Shown: piece by piece, positions 38,797 to 48,403 of the stretch
Layout: each line of letters begins with the position of its first letter
Numbering within the stretch: position 1 is the stretch's first letter
NCBI GenBank assembly: GCA_965248355.1
Contig: OZ252098.1
Location: 3,520,001-3,584,000 of the forward strand
Direction of reading: 5' to 3'
DNA: 64,000 nt
Source of the DNA: Candidatus Latescibacterota bacterium
GTDB taxonomy: Bacteria > Latescibacterota > UBA2968 > UBA8231
Made by a program: the position numbers and the translations under genes
The notes under the pieces: model-generated
What the model was told of the DNA's origin: nothing
The model's database searches: none
The model's input: the letters and a program-made list of their open reading frames with translations, nothing else

Positions 38797-39755
38797 GGCA
38801 GTTGACCCACGAGGGTGAGCACGGTCCGGGCGCCGGCGCCGATCTCGTCCGCCACGTACGCGTAGTGGACCTGGAAGGCCTCGATGCGCATGGGCCGGAC
38901 GGTGGCGCCGAAGGCGGGCCGCCCCAGGCCGCCGCCCTCGCCGGCGCGGTGCAGTCCGCCGCGCAGGGTGAGCAGATCGCTCACCCGCCATTCGAGACCG
39001 AGGTGGCCGCGCAACTCCCGGCCTCCCGCCGGATCGAGGATCTCGGCATCCACGGCGGCCGTCGACCCGGGGCGGAAGGTGTGCGACACCCCGACGAGGA
39101 GAGCCGATCGCAGGGCCTCCTCGGAGACGCTGGTCTGATCGGAGGGTTGCTTCACCGTCCAGGAGAGCTTGTCCAGCAGGTTTCTCGCGGTCGCGCCCAG
39201 GGCCGTCCGGGAGGACAGCCGCCAGCGAAGGCCGAGGTCGACGCCGCGGCCGCTGGCGGTCGAGGTACCGCTCCCCGGCACCTCGATGCGATGTCTGAGG
39301 ATCTTCAGGCTCGCACCGAGCTGCAGCGGCGCGAGGGGGCGCAGTCCGAGGCCGAAGATCACCGCGTCTTCGGCGTTGTCCAGGTCCCCGGCGATGACCT
39401 CCCCGGAACCGCTGCGCGCCTGCAGCCCGCCGACCCCGGCGTGCAGCCACGCCAGGCCGAAGGCCAGGCCGCCGCGCGGATTCATGGCGGCCGCAAGTCC
39501 GGACCGGGTGCGATCCAGGGACATGGGCTGGTACGAGGCCAGCATCCCCTTGCCGGTCGAGGTGGCCAGTCCCGCGGGGTTGTAGAGCACGGCCGCGGGC
39601 CCCTCGGCGGCCGCCGCCTGGGCGCCGCCCAAGCCGAGGGCGCGGGCCCCGAGGCCGGTGTCGAGGAAGGCGCCCCCGAGGCGCCCGGCGCCGGCCGGGG
39701 CCGCCGCCAGGCACAGGATCAGAACCCCGAGAGGAAAGCGGGAGCCGCGCGGCAT
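38793..39755 (-). CDS. PorV/PorQ-like outer-membrane protein
   Basis: GAFLDTGLGARALGLGGA...VLYNPAGLA; C-terminal HYAYVADEIG..TVLTL. Confidence 0.8.
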   Translation of the reverse strand: MPRGSRFPLGVLILCLAAAPAGAGRLGGAFLDTGLGARALGLGGAQAAAAEGPAAVLYNPAGLATSTGKGMLASYQPMSLDRTRSGLAAAMNPRGGLAFGLAWLHAGVGGLQARSGSGEVIAGDLDNAEDAVIFGLGLRPLAPLQLGASLKILRHRIEVPGSGTSTASGRGVDLGLRWRLSSRTALGATARNLLDKLSWTVKQPSDQTSVSEEALRSALLVGVSHTFRPGSTAAVDAEILDPAGGRELRGHLGLEWRVSDLLTLRGGLHRAGEGGGLGRPAFGATVRPMRIEAFQVHYAYVADEIGAGARTVLTLVGQLP

Positions 39756-41440
39756 CAGTCCAGGACCACCACGTTGCCGAAGGCCCGGCTGCCGGCCCCG
39801 GTCTCGACTCGAAAGAAGTAGACCCCGTTGGCCACCGGGTCGCCGTCGTCGTCGCGGCCGTCCCACGACTCCCGGTGGTGACGCCCGCCGGGGCGGGGTT
39901 CGCCGTCGACGAGGGTGCGCACCTTGCGGCTGGAGAAATCGAAGATGTCGACGCTCACCCGGTCCTCCTCGGCCAGGCTGTAGACCACCGTGCACCTCTG
40001 CCCGCGGGACGGGGCGAAGGGGTTCGGGGCGGCGTAGGTCCTGGCCCCTCCGGCGTCCACCAGACCGCCCTCTCCGATCACCTCCCCGGAGTCCACGGAG
40101 CGCGTGCGCACCGGGAAGCTGAGTATCGTCCAGGTCCGGCCGCCGTCGAGGGAGCGGCCCAGACCGTTGTCGGCGCCGGCCCAGAGGGCGACCCTCCCGT
40201 CGGGGAGGGCGAAGCGCTCGACGCCGACGAAAGGGGCCAGCAGAAGCTCCTGGTTGAGGAAGTCCTCCACCGGCACCTCCACCCAGCTCTCCCCGTGGTC
40301 GGGGCTCAGGAGCAGGCCCTCGTCGGTACCCGCCCAGACCGAGTCGGCGGCGAAGGCGAAGTCCCAGGCGAAGGTGGGCCCGGAGAAGGCCCAGGTGGCG
40401 CCGTCGTCCTCGGTGCGGTTGATGGCCCTGAGCTGTCCGGGGCCCTGGGTGACGTCGGCACCCACCCAGACGACGGAGCTCCCGTCGGGCCGGATCTCGC
40501 GCTCCACCGCCAGGCCCCAGTTGCCGGAGAGGTTGTCCGGGAGGGGTTCGCCGGAGGCGTCCAGCCGGGGCCGGTGGACCGTCCAGGTGCGGCCGAAGTC
40601 GAAGCTGGAGGCCACGCCGTAGGCGGTGCCGATCCACACGGTGTCGCCGTAGGCCGCGACGGAGAAGGTGCGGTGGAGCCGCGCCAGGGCGCCGACGCTG
40701 TCGGCTTCGGCCTGGGCCCTGGCGACCGCGTCCTCGGGAGCACCGGCCTCTCTCAGGCTGTCGAGGCGAACCCGGAAGCGGGTGTTGTTGTAGACGATGC
40801 TGTCCTGCCCGCCCGGGAGCACCCGCTCCCAGGTGCGGCCGAAGTCGGTGGAACGCACCGAGGCGCCCGCAAAGAAGGTGGCCCAGACGGTGTCGCCCTC
40901 GACGGCCAGGCCGAAGCAGGCGTTCTGGATCGGTGTCCGCGGGCCCCGCTCGAATCCGGGGCGCAGGGTGTCGAAGAGGGCCTCGTTCGAGATCCGCTGC
41001 CACCTGGCTCCGCCGTCCGTGGACCAGGACAGGCCGCTGCCAGTCTGCTGGCGCACCCCGCCGGCCAGCACGGAATCGAAGAGGGTGGCCGCCCACACCG
41101 TGTCTCCGTGCGCGGCCAGGGCGCTCACGGGGCCCCGGCCGAGGCCGTGCTCCTCCGTGAAGGTGACCCAGTGCCCGGCCTCGAGCCCGTCCCCCCGGGC
41201 CGGGTCCAGGCGTGCCAGGCCGCTCTCCGTGGCCACCCACAGGTAGCTCCCGCTCCAGACGACGTCGGTGATGCTGTTGCCGAGCATGCCCGTCGACGGG
41301 GGTGGCTCGGCCTCCTGAAGAAAGCCTGCGGGAACGCCGCCGTGGCCGGGCGTCGAGGCCAAGGCCAGGGCGCACAGGCACGGGAGCGTGGTGGATCGGA
41401 GAAGGCGGACGGGTGAAGGCCCCGGGCGGGCGTCAGGCAT
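39755..41440 (-). CDS. Secreted Asp-box/BNR beta-propeller protein with FlgD-Ig/T9SS-like tail (PorZ-like architecture)
   Basis: Repeated STDGGARW, STDFGRTW, SFDFGRTW, SPDHGESW, SLDGGRTW; YAAPNPF...WDGRDDDGDPVANGVYF. Confidence 0.8.
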   Translation of the reverse strand: MPDARPGPSPVRLLRSTTLPCLCALALASTPGHGGVPAGFLQEAEPPPSTGMLGNSITDVVWSGSYLWVATESGLARLDPARGDGLEAGHWVTFTEEHGLGRGPVSALAAHGDTVWAATLFDSVLAGGVRQQTGSGLSWSTDGGARWQRISNEALFDTLRPGFERGPRTPIQNACFGLAVEGDTVWATFFAGASVRSTDFGRTWERVLPGGQDSIVYNNTRFRVRLDSLREAGAPEDAVARAQAEADSVGALARLHRTFSVAAYGDTVWIGTAYGVASSFDFGRTWTVHRPRLDASGEPLPDNLSGNWGLAVEREIRPDGSSVVWVGADVTQGPGQLRAINRTEDDGATWAFSGPTFAWDFAFAADSVWAGTDEGLLLSPDHGESWVEVPVEDFLNQELLLAPFVGVERFALPDGRVALWAGADNGLGRSLDGGRTWTILSFPVRTRSVDSGEVIGEGGLVDAGGARTYAAPNPFAPSRGQRCTVVYSLAEEDRVSVDIFDFSSRKVRTLVDGEPRPGGRHHRESWDGRDDDGDPVANGVYFFRVETGAGSRAFGNVVVLD

Positions 41441-42263
41441 AGGTGGCGGAGCGTTCGTTCAGCGCGTCCACGGCCTCGCAGCCGATGCCGCAGTCGCCGA
41501 TCCGCGGCCCCTTCGGTTCGCCGTGGCTGTCGGAACCTCCGGACATGAGCAGGCCGTAGCGCCTGGCGATGTCCCGGTAGTGCTCGATCTGGGGCGGCTG
41601 GTGGGAGGGGTGGTAGACCTCGACGCCATCGAGGCCGGTATCGACCAGCTCGGCGATCACGGTCTCCGGCACCGCCAGGCCGGGATGGGCGAGAACGATG
41701 ACGCCGCCGAGCTCGTGAACGAGGCCGATCACCTCGGCGGCCGGGCTGCGCGGCTTCGGCACGTCTGCGGGGCGGCGGTCACCGATGAAGCGCTGGAAGG
41801 CCTCCTCCTTCGTCGGCACCGCCCCGCTGGCGACAATCGCCGCGGCGATGTGGGGGCGTCCCAGCGGCCCGCCGGCGGCCCTCAGCAGCACCTCCTCGAA
41901 GGTGACCTCCACCCCGAGCTGGTTGAGACGCCGGACGATGGCCTCCCCGCGGTCCAGGCGGCGCTGGTGGAGGAGCTCGACGTAGGAGCCCAGGCGTTCG
42001 TCGCGGTAGTCGATGAAATAGGCCAGCAGGTGCAGCTCGCGGTCGTTGACGTGGGCGCTGAGCTCCGTTCCCGGAACGATCTGCACCCCGAGTTCCCGGC
42101 CGGCCGCAGCGGCCTCCGCGATCCCCTCGACGGTGTCGTGGTCGGTCAGACTCAGCACCCGGACCCCGGAGGCGGCCGCCTCCTCCACCACTTTGCGGGG
42201 TGAGCGCAGCCCATCGGAGCAGGTCGAATGGGTGTGCAGGTCGGCGAGATTGTACTGGACCAC
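41433..42263 (-). CDS. PHP-domain phosphoesterase (YciV/TrpH-like)
   Basis: DLHTHSTCSDG, LTDHDT, GRPHIA, LAHPG, GGSDSHG. Confidence 0.92.
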   Translation of the reverse strand: MVQYNLADLHTHSTCSDGLRSPRKVVEEAAASGVRVLSLTDHDTVEGIAEAAAAGRELGVQIVPGTELSAHVNDRELHLLAYFIDYRDERLGSYVELLHQRRLDRGEAIVRRLNQLGVEVTFEEVLLRAAGGPLGRPHIAAAIVASGAVPTKEEAFQRFIGDRRPADVPKPRSPAAEVIGLVHELGGVIVLAHPGLAVPETVIAELVDTGLDGVEVYHPSHQPPQIEHYRDIARRYGLLMSGGSDSHGEPKGPRIGDCGIGCEAVDALNERSATYA

Positions 42264-42427
42264 GAGGGCATCCTCGCATGAATTCAGGCGGGCGGGAGGG
42301 GCCGGGGATCCTCGCGCGGGCGAGCAGAGGAAGATAGCGTCCCGGCTGGTCGCGCGCGCGGGGCGCCCACTCCGTCACGGACTGCCCCGGGGCCGGACGG
42401 TTCCCCGTTCCTGGAACCCGCGCCCGC

Positions 42428-44266
42428 TCAGCTTCCGGGGTGCAACGGCAGTACGACGTGCGATGGATGGGCGGGGCTGTGCAGGATGGTCTGCTGGGCG
42501 ATCTCCCAGCGGCGCTCGAGGCCGAGGGCCCCCCCGGTGTTGGGGTTCACGTCGAAGCGCGGCCAGTTGCTGCTGCTCATGTCCAGGCGGATGCGGTGGC
42601 CCCGGCGAAAGACGTTGGAGGTCGGATACAGGTGGAACACGAACTCGTACGGGGTCTCCGGCTCCATCAGCTCCGGCCGCGTCCAGCCGTTGCGGTAGCG
42701 GGCTCGGATGATGGAGTCGGTGATGTTCATGGCGTAGCCGTCGGGGTAGTCGCAGGACGGCGGATGGACGTCGATGAGCTTGGCGGCGAAGTCGGTGTCC
42801 CGCGCCGACGAAGCCGCCCAGAGATGCATGACGATGTGGCCGGTGACCTCCGTGTCCTCTCCCAGCTCCGGCGTCTGGAAGGTGACCACGTCCGGCCGGG
42901 TGTTCAGCGGCAACTCGTTCACGCACCCGAAGAAATCGGGCCGCCCCCGCTGGTCGAAGGCGCCGGGCCGGATGATCGTGTCGGCGGCCGAGATGCCGCC
43001 GCCCATGGTGGGCACGGGATCCCGGGGATCGAAGGTGTAGCCCGTCGAGGGCGCTTCCTGCGCTGTGGGCTCCTCGAGGGACAGCCCGCCGCCGGCGCGC
43101 AGGAACCAGGGCGTCTCCACCGTCCCGGGCAGGGGCCAGTCCGGCTCGCTCCGCCAGTAGCCGCCGTGATCCAGGCGGCGGTCGTAGTCGTGCTTGTTCA
43201 TCCGCTGGCTGCCGGTGCCCATGGTGAAGATGCGCACCGGAGACCAGTCGGCGAACTCGGTCTTCAGACCCTTGAGGTAGTGGTCGAACCAGGCCAGGCG
43301 CAGGTCGTTCTGGTTGATCTGCGAGTGGGTCCCGAAGTCGACGTCCCCCGCGTGGGTCACCTCGTACCCGCCGTGCGTCCAGGGGCCCATGAGCAGGACC
43401 TGCGGGGAGCGCTTGATGGCGCTGAGCTTCCTGTAGCTCGCGGGGGTGTTGCGGGCGTAGGAATCGTACCAGCCGCCGAGGTAGAGGGTCGGCACGTCGG
43501 AGTGCTCGTCGTAGTACTCGTCCATGGCATAGCCCCGCTGCCGCCAGTAGTCGTCGAACTCCCCGTGGGTCAGGATGTCGATGGCCCACTGCTCGTAGGA
43601 CGGCAGCCTGCGCAGCACCGTGGCCCCCTTCCTGAGCGGAAACTGGCGAACGATGTCGGGCATGTCCCGGGTGAAGGCCTTCATGATCTCGGCCTGAAGG
43701 CCCGGATCGGCCATGGCCTCCTTGCTGGTCATGGCCATGCGGAAGGCGTAGACGTGGAAGCGCTGCTCCAGGGCGCCGTTCTGGCGCATCGAGCCGTGGT
43801 AGTAGTTGGAGGCGCCCACCGCCACGATCATGGTCGACAGGTGCGAGGGCGCCAGGGTCGCCAGGGCGCTCTGATCGCTGCCGGCGTACGAGCCTCCCAT
43901 GGTGCCGACCTGGCCGTCGCTCCACTCCTGGACTCCGAGCCACTGGACGGTGTCGTGACCGTCCGGCGCCTCCCGGGCGAAGGCGTACCACTCGCCCTCC
44001 GAGGCGAAGCGGCCGCGAACGTCCTGGATCACGGTCACGTATCCCCGGCGTGCGAAGTACTCCGCATTGCTCACCTGCCGGGGCGCCGCCTTGTCATAGG
44101 GAGTCCGCTCGAGGAGGACGGGAAAGGACCCGGCCGCGGCCTCGCCGCCCACCGAGGGAAGGTAGATGTCGGCAGCGAGCCCCACGCCGTCGCGCATGGG
44201 GACCATGACATTCCTCCGGCAGGTCACGTCGTAGGCGATGGGGGAACCATGATATGGAGCCGTCAC
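42428..44266 (-). CDS. CocE/NonD family hydrolase
   Basis: VPMRDGVGLAADIY, QDVRGRFASEG, GGSYAG nucleophile, GPWTHG, SSNWPRFDVNPNTG. Confidence 0.93.
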   Translation of the reverse strand: MTAPYHGSPIAYDVTCRRNVMVPMRDGVGLAADIYLPSVGGEAAAGSFPVLLERTPYDKAAPRQVSNAEYFARRGYVTVIQDVRGRFASEGEWYAFAREAPDGHDTVQWLGVQEWSDGQVGTMGGSYAGSDQSALATLAPSHLSTMIVAVGASNYYHGSMRQNGALEQRFHVYAFRMAMTSKEAMADPGLQAEIMKAFTRDMPDIVRQFPLRKGATVLRRLPSYEQWAIDILTHGEFDDYWRQRGYAMDEYYDEHSDVPTLYLGGWYDSYARNTPASYRKLSAIKRSPQVLLMGPWTHGGYEVTHAGDVDFGTHSQINQNDLRLAWFDHYLKGLKTEFADWSPVRIFTMGTGSQRMNKHDYDRRLDHGGYWRSEPDWPLPGTVETPWFLRAGGGLSLEEPTAQEAPSTGYTFDPRDPVPTMGGGISAADTIIRPGAFDQRGRPDFFGCVNELPLNTRPDVVTFQTPELGEDTEVTGHIVMHLWAASSARDTDFAAKLIDVHPPSCDYPDGYAMNITDSIIRARYRNGWTRPELMEPETPYEFVFHLYPTSNVFRRGHRIRLDMSSSNWPRFDVNPNTGGALGLERRWEIAQQTILHSPAHPSHVVLPLHPGS

Positions 44267-44339
44267 TGTGCGCTCTCCTGTGGACGGGTGGTCCCGGATC
44301 GTGGCGCTCCCCACGGACCCGGGAGGCGGTACCGGGGGA

Positions 44340-45836
44340 TCAGCCCCCGGCGGCCGCCGGGTCTTCGGGCCGCAGGGCGCGGAACCGACCGTAGGCCTCG
44401 TCCCAGCGGCCGTCGTCTCCGGACGGGGTGAAGGTCCGGGGCTCGAAGGAGGCGCGCACCACGGCACGGATGTCGCCGGCCGAGCCGAGCCGGCCGAGAC
44501 CGAGGGCCTGCACGAGGAGGTTGCCGATCGCCGTGGCTTCCGCCGGCCCGGCGACGACCGGACGGCCGGTGGCGTCGGCGGTCAGCTGGCAGAGCAAGGT
44601 GTTGCGGATGCCTCCGCCCACCACGTGGACCGGCTCCAGGCGCCGGCCCAGGACCTCCTCGAGGCGCTCGAGGACCCAGCGGTACTTCAGGGCCAGGCTC
44701 TCGAGCAGACAGCGGATGACGGCGCCCTCGCCGGCGGGCTCGGGCTGTCCCGTCTCCCGGCAGAACGCGGCCACCCGGCCGGGCATGTCCCCCGGCGGCA
44801 GGAAGCGCCCGTCGTCCGGATCGACGAGGGGACCGAACCCCGCGGCCTCCTCCGCGGCCCGGGCGAGCTCGCCGTAGGAGAGATTGCGGCCGGCCGCCGC
44901 CCAGGTCCGGCGGCACTCCTGCACCAGCCAGAGGCCCATGATGTTCTTCAGGAACCGGAAGGTGCCGCCCACGCCGCCCTCGTTGGTGAAGTTGTACCGC
45001 AGGGCTCCCGCCGAGAGCTCGGGGGCCCCCAGCTCGGCCCCCATGAGGGACCAGGTTCCGGAGCTGATGTAGGCGAAGTCCGGACCTTCGGCGGGGACCG
45101 CCGCCACCGCGGCGCCGGTGTCGTGGGTGGCCGGCGCCACCACGGGGATCCCCGAGGCCAGGCCGCAGTCGCGGGCGACCGTGCCCAGCAACGGTCCGAT
45201 CCGCGTGCCCGGGGGAACGATCTCGGGCAGGATGCGGTGCGGGAGGCCGAGGGCCTCGAAAAGCTCCGTGGACCAGCGTCCCCGGCGCGGGTCGTAGAAC
45301 TGGGTCGTGGTGGCGTTGGTGAACTCGCAGACCCGCTCCCCGGTGAGGAAGTAGTGCAGCAGGTCGGCCATCATCAGCAGGCCGTGGGCGGCGCCCAGCT
45401 GCGGAGCGGACTCCTCCTGCATGGCCAGCAGCTGGAAGAGGGTGTTGATCGGCAGCAGCTGCACGCCCGTGGCTGCGAACAGCCGCTCCCGGGAAACGCG
45501 CTCCAGGGCCCGCTCCAGCACCCCCTCCGTGCGCGGGTCCCGGTAGTGGCGGGGGTTGTCGAGCAGGGATCCGTCGGCGGCCAGCAGGCCGAAGTCGACG
45601 CCCCAGGTGTCGACGCCCACCGAGGAGATCCCGGCGCCCGCCGCCGCGGTCAGCCCGCGTTTGATCTCCTCGTGCAGGCGCAGCACGTCCCAGTAGAGCC
45701 GGTCGAAGACGGCGGTAGCCCCCGTGGGAAACCGGTGCAGCTCCTCCAGCTCCAGGCGCCCGCCGTCGAAGCGGCCGAGGATGGCGCGGCCGCTCTCGGC
45801 GCCGAGATCGAAGGCCAGGAGCGGATCGCCGGTCAC
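44340..45836 (-). CDS. rhaB: Rhamnulokinase (FGGY family)
   Basis: AFDLGAESGR, DTWGVDF, HYRDPRT, THDTGAAV, SSGTWSLMG, NIMGLWLVQEC. Confidence 0.9.
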   Translation of the reverse strand: MTGDPLLAFDLGAESGRAILGRFDGGRLELEELHRFPTGATAVFDRLYWDVLRLHEEIKRGLTAAAGAGISSVGVDTWGVDFGLLAADGSLLDNPRHYRDPRTEGVLERALERVSRERLFAATGVQLLPINTLFQLLAMQEESAPQLGAAHGLLMMADLLHYFLTGERVCEFTNATTTQFYDPRRGRWSTELFEALGLPHRILPEIVPPGTRIGPLLGTVARDCGLASGIPVVAPATHDTGAAVAAVPAEGPDFAYISSGTWSLMGAELGAPELSAGALRYNFTNEGGVGGTFRFLKNIMGLWLVQECRRTWAAAGRNLSYGELARAAEEAAGFGPLVDPDDGRFLPPGDMPGRVAAFCRETGQPEPAGEGAVIRCLLESLALKYRWVLERLEEVLGRRLEPVHVVGGGIRNTLLCQLTADATGRPVVAGPAEATAIGNLLVQALGLGRLGSAGDIRAVVRASFEPRTFTPSGDDGRWDEAYGRFRALRPEDPAAAGG

Positions 45837-45891
45837 GGGCGGTCCGGATCCCGGCGCCGGTCTCGTGGCACGATGCGTGCACCGGGCGACA

Positions 45892-46170
45892 CTAGAGGTA
45901 GTTCAGGCCGAGTTCGGCGATCAGCTGGCGGGTGGGGTTGTGCAGCAGGGAGCAGATGAGGGCGACGCCGAACTCTCGCTGCAGCCCGGCGGCGTAGGAG
46001 GACTGCTCGTCGCGGTAGTTGAGCCGCTGGAAGCCCAGGACGGTGTCCTTGAACTGGTCGGTGCGCTCACAGATCACCAGCTCGGCCAGCTCGGAATGGC
46101 GGAGGGCTTCCTCGACGTAGTCCTCGCCGAAGATCTCCTCCAGGGCCGTGCGCAGCTGACGGTGAAGCAT
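45892..46170 (-). CDS. Hypothetical protein, 92 aa
   Basis: ATG with RBS, typical codon usage, collinear with neighbouring genes. Confidence 0.75.
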   Translation of the reverse strand: MLHRQLRTALEEIFGEDYVEEALRHSELAELVICERTDQFKDTVLGFQRLNYRDEQSSYAAGLQREFGVALICSLLHNPTRQLIAELGLNYL

Positions 46171-46179
46171 CGGTGCCCC

Positions 46180-46452
46180 TCAGAAGGGGTAGACTTCGTC
46201 CAGGCGGCGGAGGGTGCGGCTGCGGGCCTGGCTCTCGGCAGACTTGCCGGCCACGCCTGACTCCGGGACCCGCGCCCGGTCCACGGGCATCTGGATCACC
46301 GGGCGCCGCAGCCAGGCCAGCAGGACGAGACCGGCGTCGAGGGGCGCCGGCGGCCGCAGCTCCAGGCGGAAGACGAGGACGGCGCCCAGGAACCGCCCGA
46401 GCACCGAGCGGCGGGCGGGAGCGCTCCGGAGCTCCGCGGCGGCGGTGCTCAC
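46180..46452 (-). CDS. Hypothetical protein, 90 aa
   Basis: GTG overlaps purC stop (GTGA); MSTAAAELRS...RTLRRLDEVYPF fills the gap exactly. Confidence 0.55.
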   Translation of the reverse strand: MSTAAAELRSAPARRSVLGRFLGAVLVFRLELRPPAPLDAGLVLLAWLRRPVIQMPVDRARVPESGVAGKSAESQARSRTLRRLDEVYPF

Positions 46453-47438
46453 GCCGGCTCCCCCTCGAGGGCGAAGAACGGCTCGATCGCCCTTTCGATG
46501 CGGTCCTTCACGCTGCCGTCCTCCCCCACGTCGGGCTCGAAGGTCTGTCCCGTGACCCGCTCGAAGAGGTCTAGGTAGCGCTCGGCGACCTCGATGCGGA
46601 TCTCGTCGTCGAGGGTTGGAATGTGGCCGTCGGAGATCCCCTTGTCCTTCAGCCACAGGCGGAGGAACTCCTTGTCCAGGCTCTCCGGCTCGTCGCCGCG
46701 TCCATGGCGCTCCTCGTAGCTCTCCAGGATCCAGTAGCGGGAGGAGTCGGGCGTGTGAATCTCGTCGGCCACCGCGATCCGCCCCTCGGGGGTGCGGCCC
46801 ATCTCGTACTTGGTGTCCACCAGGATCAGCCCCTGCTCGGCCGCCAGCTGCTGCCCGCGGGCGAAGAGCTCCAGGGCGATCCCCTCGATCCGGCGCCAGG
46901 TCACCTCGTCGACGAGGCCGCCCTCGACGATCTGCTCCGGCGAGATCGGCTCGTCGTGGTCCTCGGACTTGGTGGTGGGAGTGATGATGGGCTCCTCGAA
47001 GGGCTGGTTCTTGGCCATGCCGTCGGGGAGCCGGTTGCCGCAGAGTTCGCGCACGCCGCGCGCGTAGTGGGTCCAGGCCGAGGTCTCGGTGCTGCCCGTC
47101 AGGTACCCGCGCACGACGACCTCCACGGGGAACATGTCCAGCTCCCGGGCCACGGTGACGCTGGCGTGCGGCACCTGGAGCACGTGGTTGGGCACGATGT
47201 CGGCGGTGCGCTCGAACCAGTACTGGGCGATCCGGTTGAGGACCTGGCCCTTCAGGGGAATCGTGCCCAGGACGTGATCGAAGGCGCTCTGCCGGTCGGT
47301 GGTGATCAGGATGCGGCGGTCCGCCAGCCGGTAGATGTCCCGAACCTTGCCCTTGTGGTAGGAGTCGGACCAGCGCTCGAAGCGGGCCTCGATCAGGCAA
47401 TCGTCAAGCAGGTTGCGGAGCTGTTCGCGGCTGACCAC
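46449..47438 (-). CDS. purC: SAICAR synthase (long type)
   Basis: KGKVRDIY, TDRQSAFD, IPLKGQVLN, LVDTKYEMG, DEIHTPDSSRYW, SLDKEFLR. Confidence 0.96.
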   Translation of the reverse strand: MVSREQLRNLLDDCLIEARFERWSDSYHKGKVRDIYRLADRRILITTDRQSAFDHVLGTIPLKGQVLNRIAQYWFERTADIVPNHVLQVPHASVTVARELDMFPVEVVVRGYLTGSTETSAWTHYARGVRELCGNRLPDGMAKNQPFEEPIITPTTKSEDHDEPISPEQIVEGGLVDEVTWRRIEGIALELFARGQQLAAEQGLILVDTKYEMGRTPEGRIAVADEIHTPDSSRYWILESYEERHGRGDEPESLDKEFLRLWLKDKGISDGHIPTLDDEIRIEVAERYLDLFERVTGQTFEPDVGEDGSVKDRIERAIEPFFALEGEPA

Positions 47439-47629
47439 CAGGGGGCCTCCGTCGGGTGCGGGTGAGCGGGTTCGGTGAAGGTATCCCGGCCCCTGAAGCC
47501 CGTCAACGAGGGCATCTTGCCTTTCGCTTTCGGGGCGTCGTATGTTACCCCGCGAGCCCGTCGGCGGCGGCGCCCAGGCGCTTCCGGACGGGCTTTCCGC
47601 AACTGCACCACCTACGCCTGGAGGCCGAA

Positions 47630-48112
47630 ATGGTACGGGGGCTGCTGCTCACACTCACGCTGGCGGCGGGGTTGACGGGATGCGGCAGGGAGGCGGAGAT
47701 CGCCGAGCTGAAGCAGTACGTCAAATCGATCCAGAAGTTCCACTCCTTCAACGAGCGCGTGGAGCGGACGATCCTGCGTTTCGACGATCCAAGCCTGGCG
47801 GTGACCGATGTCGACATCGAGGCGGCGCGAGCCATGCTCGACGAGTACGCCGACGCCGTGAATGCCATTCCGGAGCTCGACGACCGTACCATCCGAAACA
47901 TCCACGACCTCTACGAGCGCGCCTTCCAGAGCGCCCGGCTGCTGGCGCGGGACGAGACCGGTGACACCCGGCGGCAGGCCCACTCGGTCGCCATCGGCCT
48001 GCGCAACCTGCGCCGCGACATCGAGCAACGTTTCTACCCGTCGTTGATCGTGCTGCTGGCCCGGGAGAAGCTGGAGGGCGGGGAGTACGAACTGAGTTGG
48101 CCGGACCTTTGA
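47630..48112 (+). CDS. Hypothetical helical lipoprotein
   Basis: GGAGG RBS; MVRGLLLTLTLAAGLTG-C lipobox. Confidence 0.75.
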   Translation: MVRGLLLTLTLAAGLTGCGREAEIAELKQYVKSIQKFHSFNERVERTILRFDDPSLAVTDVDIEAARAMLDEYADAVNAIPELDDRTIRNIHDLYERAFQSARLLARDETGDTRRQAHSVAIGLRNLRRDIEQRFYPSLIVLLAREKLEGGEYELSWPDL

Positions 48113-48403
48113 TCCTGGCCGAATCCGCCGACGTCGAAGACTACCGGCCGCTCAGGGCCGGGATAGAGGGGATCCGGATTCCGGGACATTGACATTGAGT
48201 CTCCCGTGGCCGGGAGTCCCCCCCCACGGCGCCCCCGCACCCATCTCGATCTCTTCACCGGGCGCGTCCCCGGTCCGGCCATCCGCGCCGACCCGGTGAG
48301 GACAGTCCGCCCCCCCTCCGCGCCAGTTGCGCCAATCTGTCTGGGTGAGACCAGGATTCCGGGAATGGAAACCCGCCGCTGAGGTGGAAGTGGCCGCCGC
48401 GGG

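Noticed and set aside
48034..48200. Short minus-strand ORF MSMSRNPDPLYPG... with GGGAG RBS
   Set aside because: Runs antisense into the lipoprotein gene and has no recognisable motif
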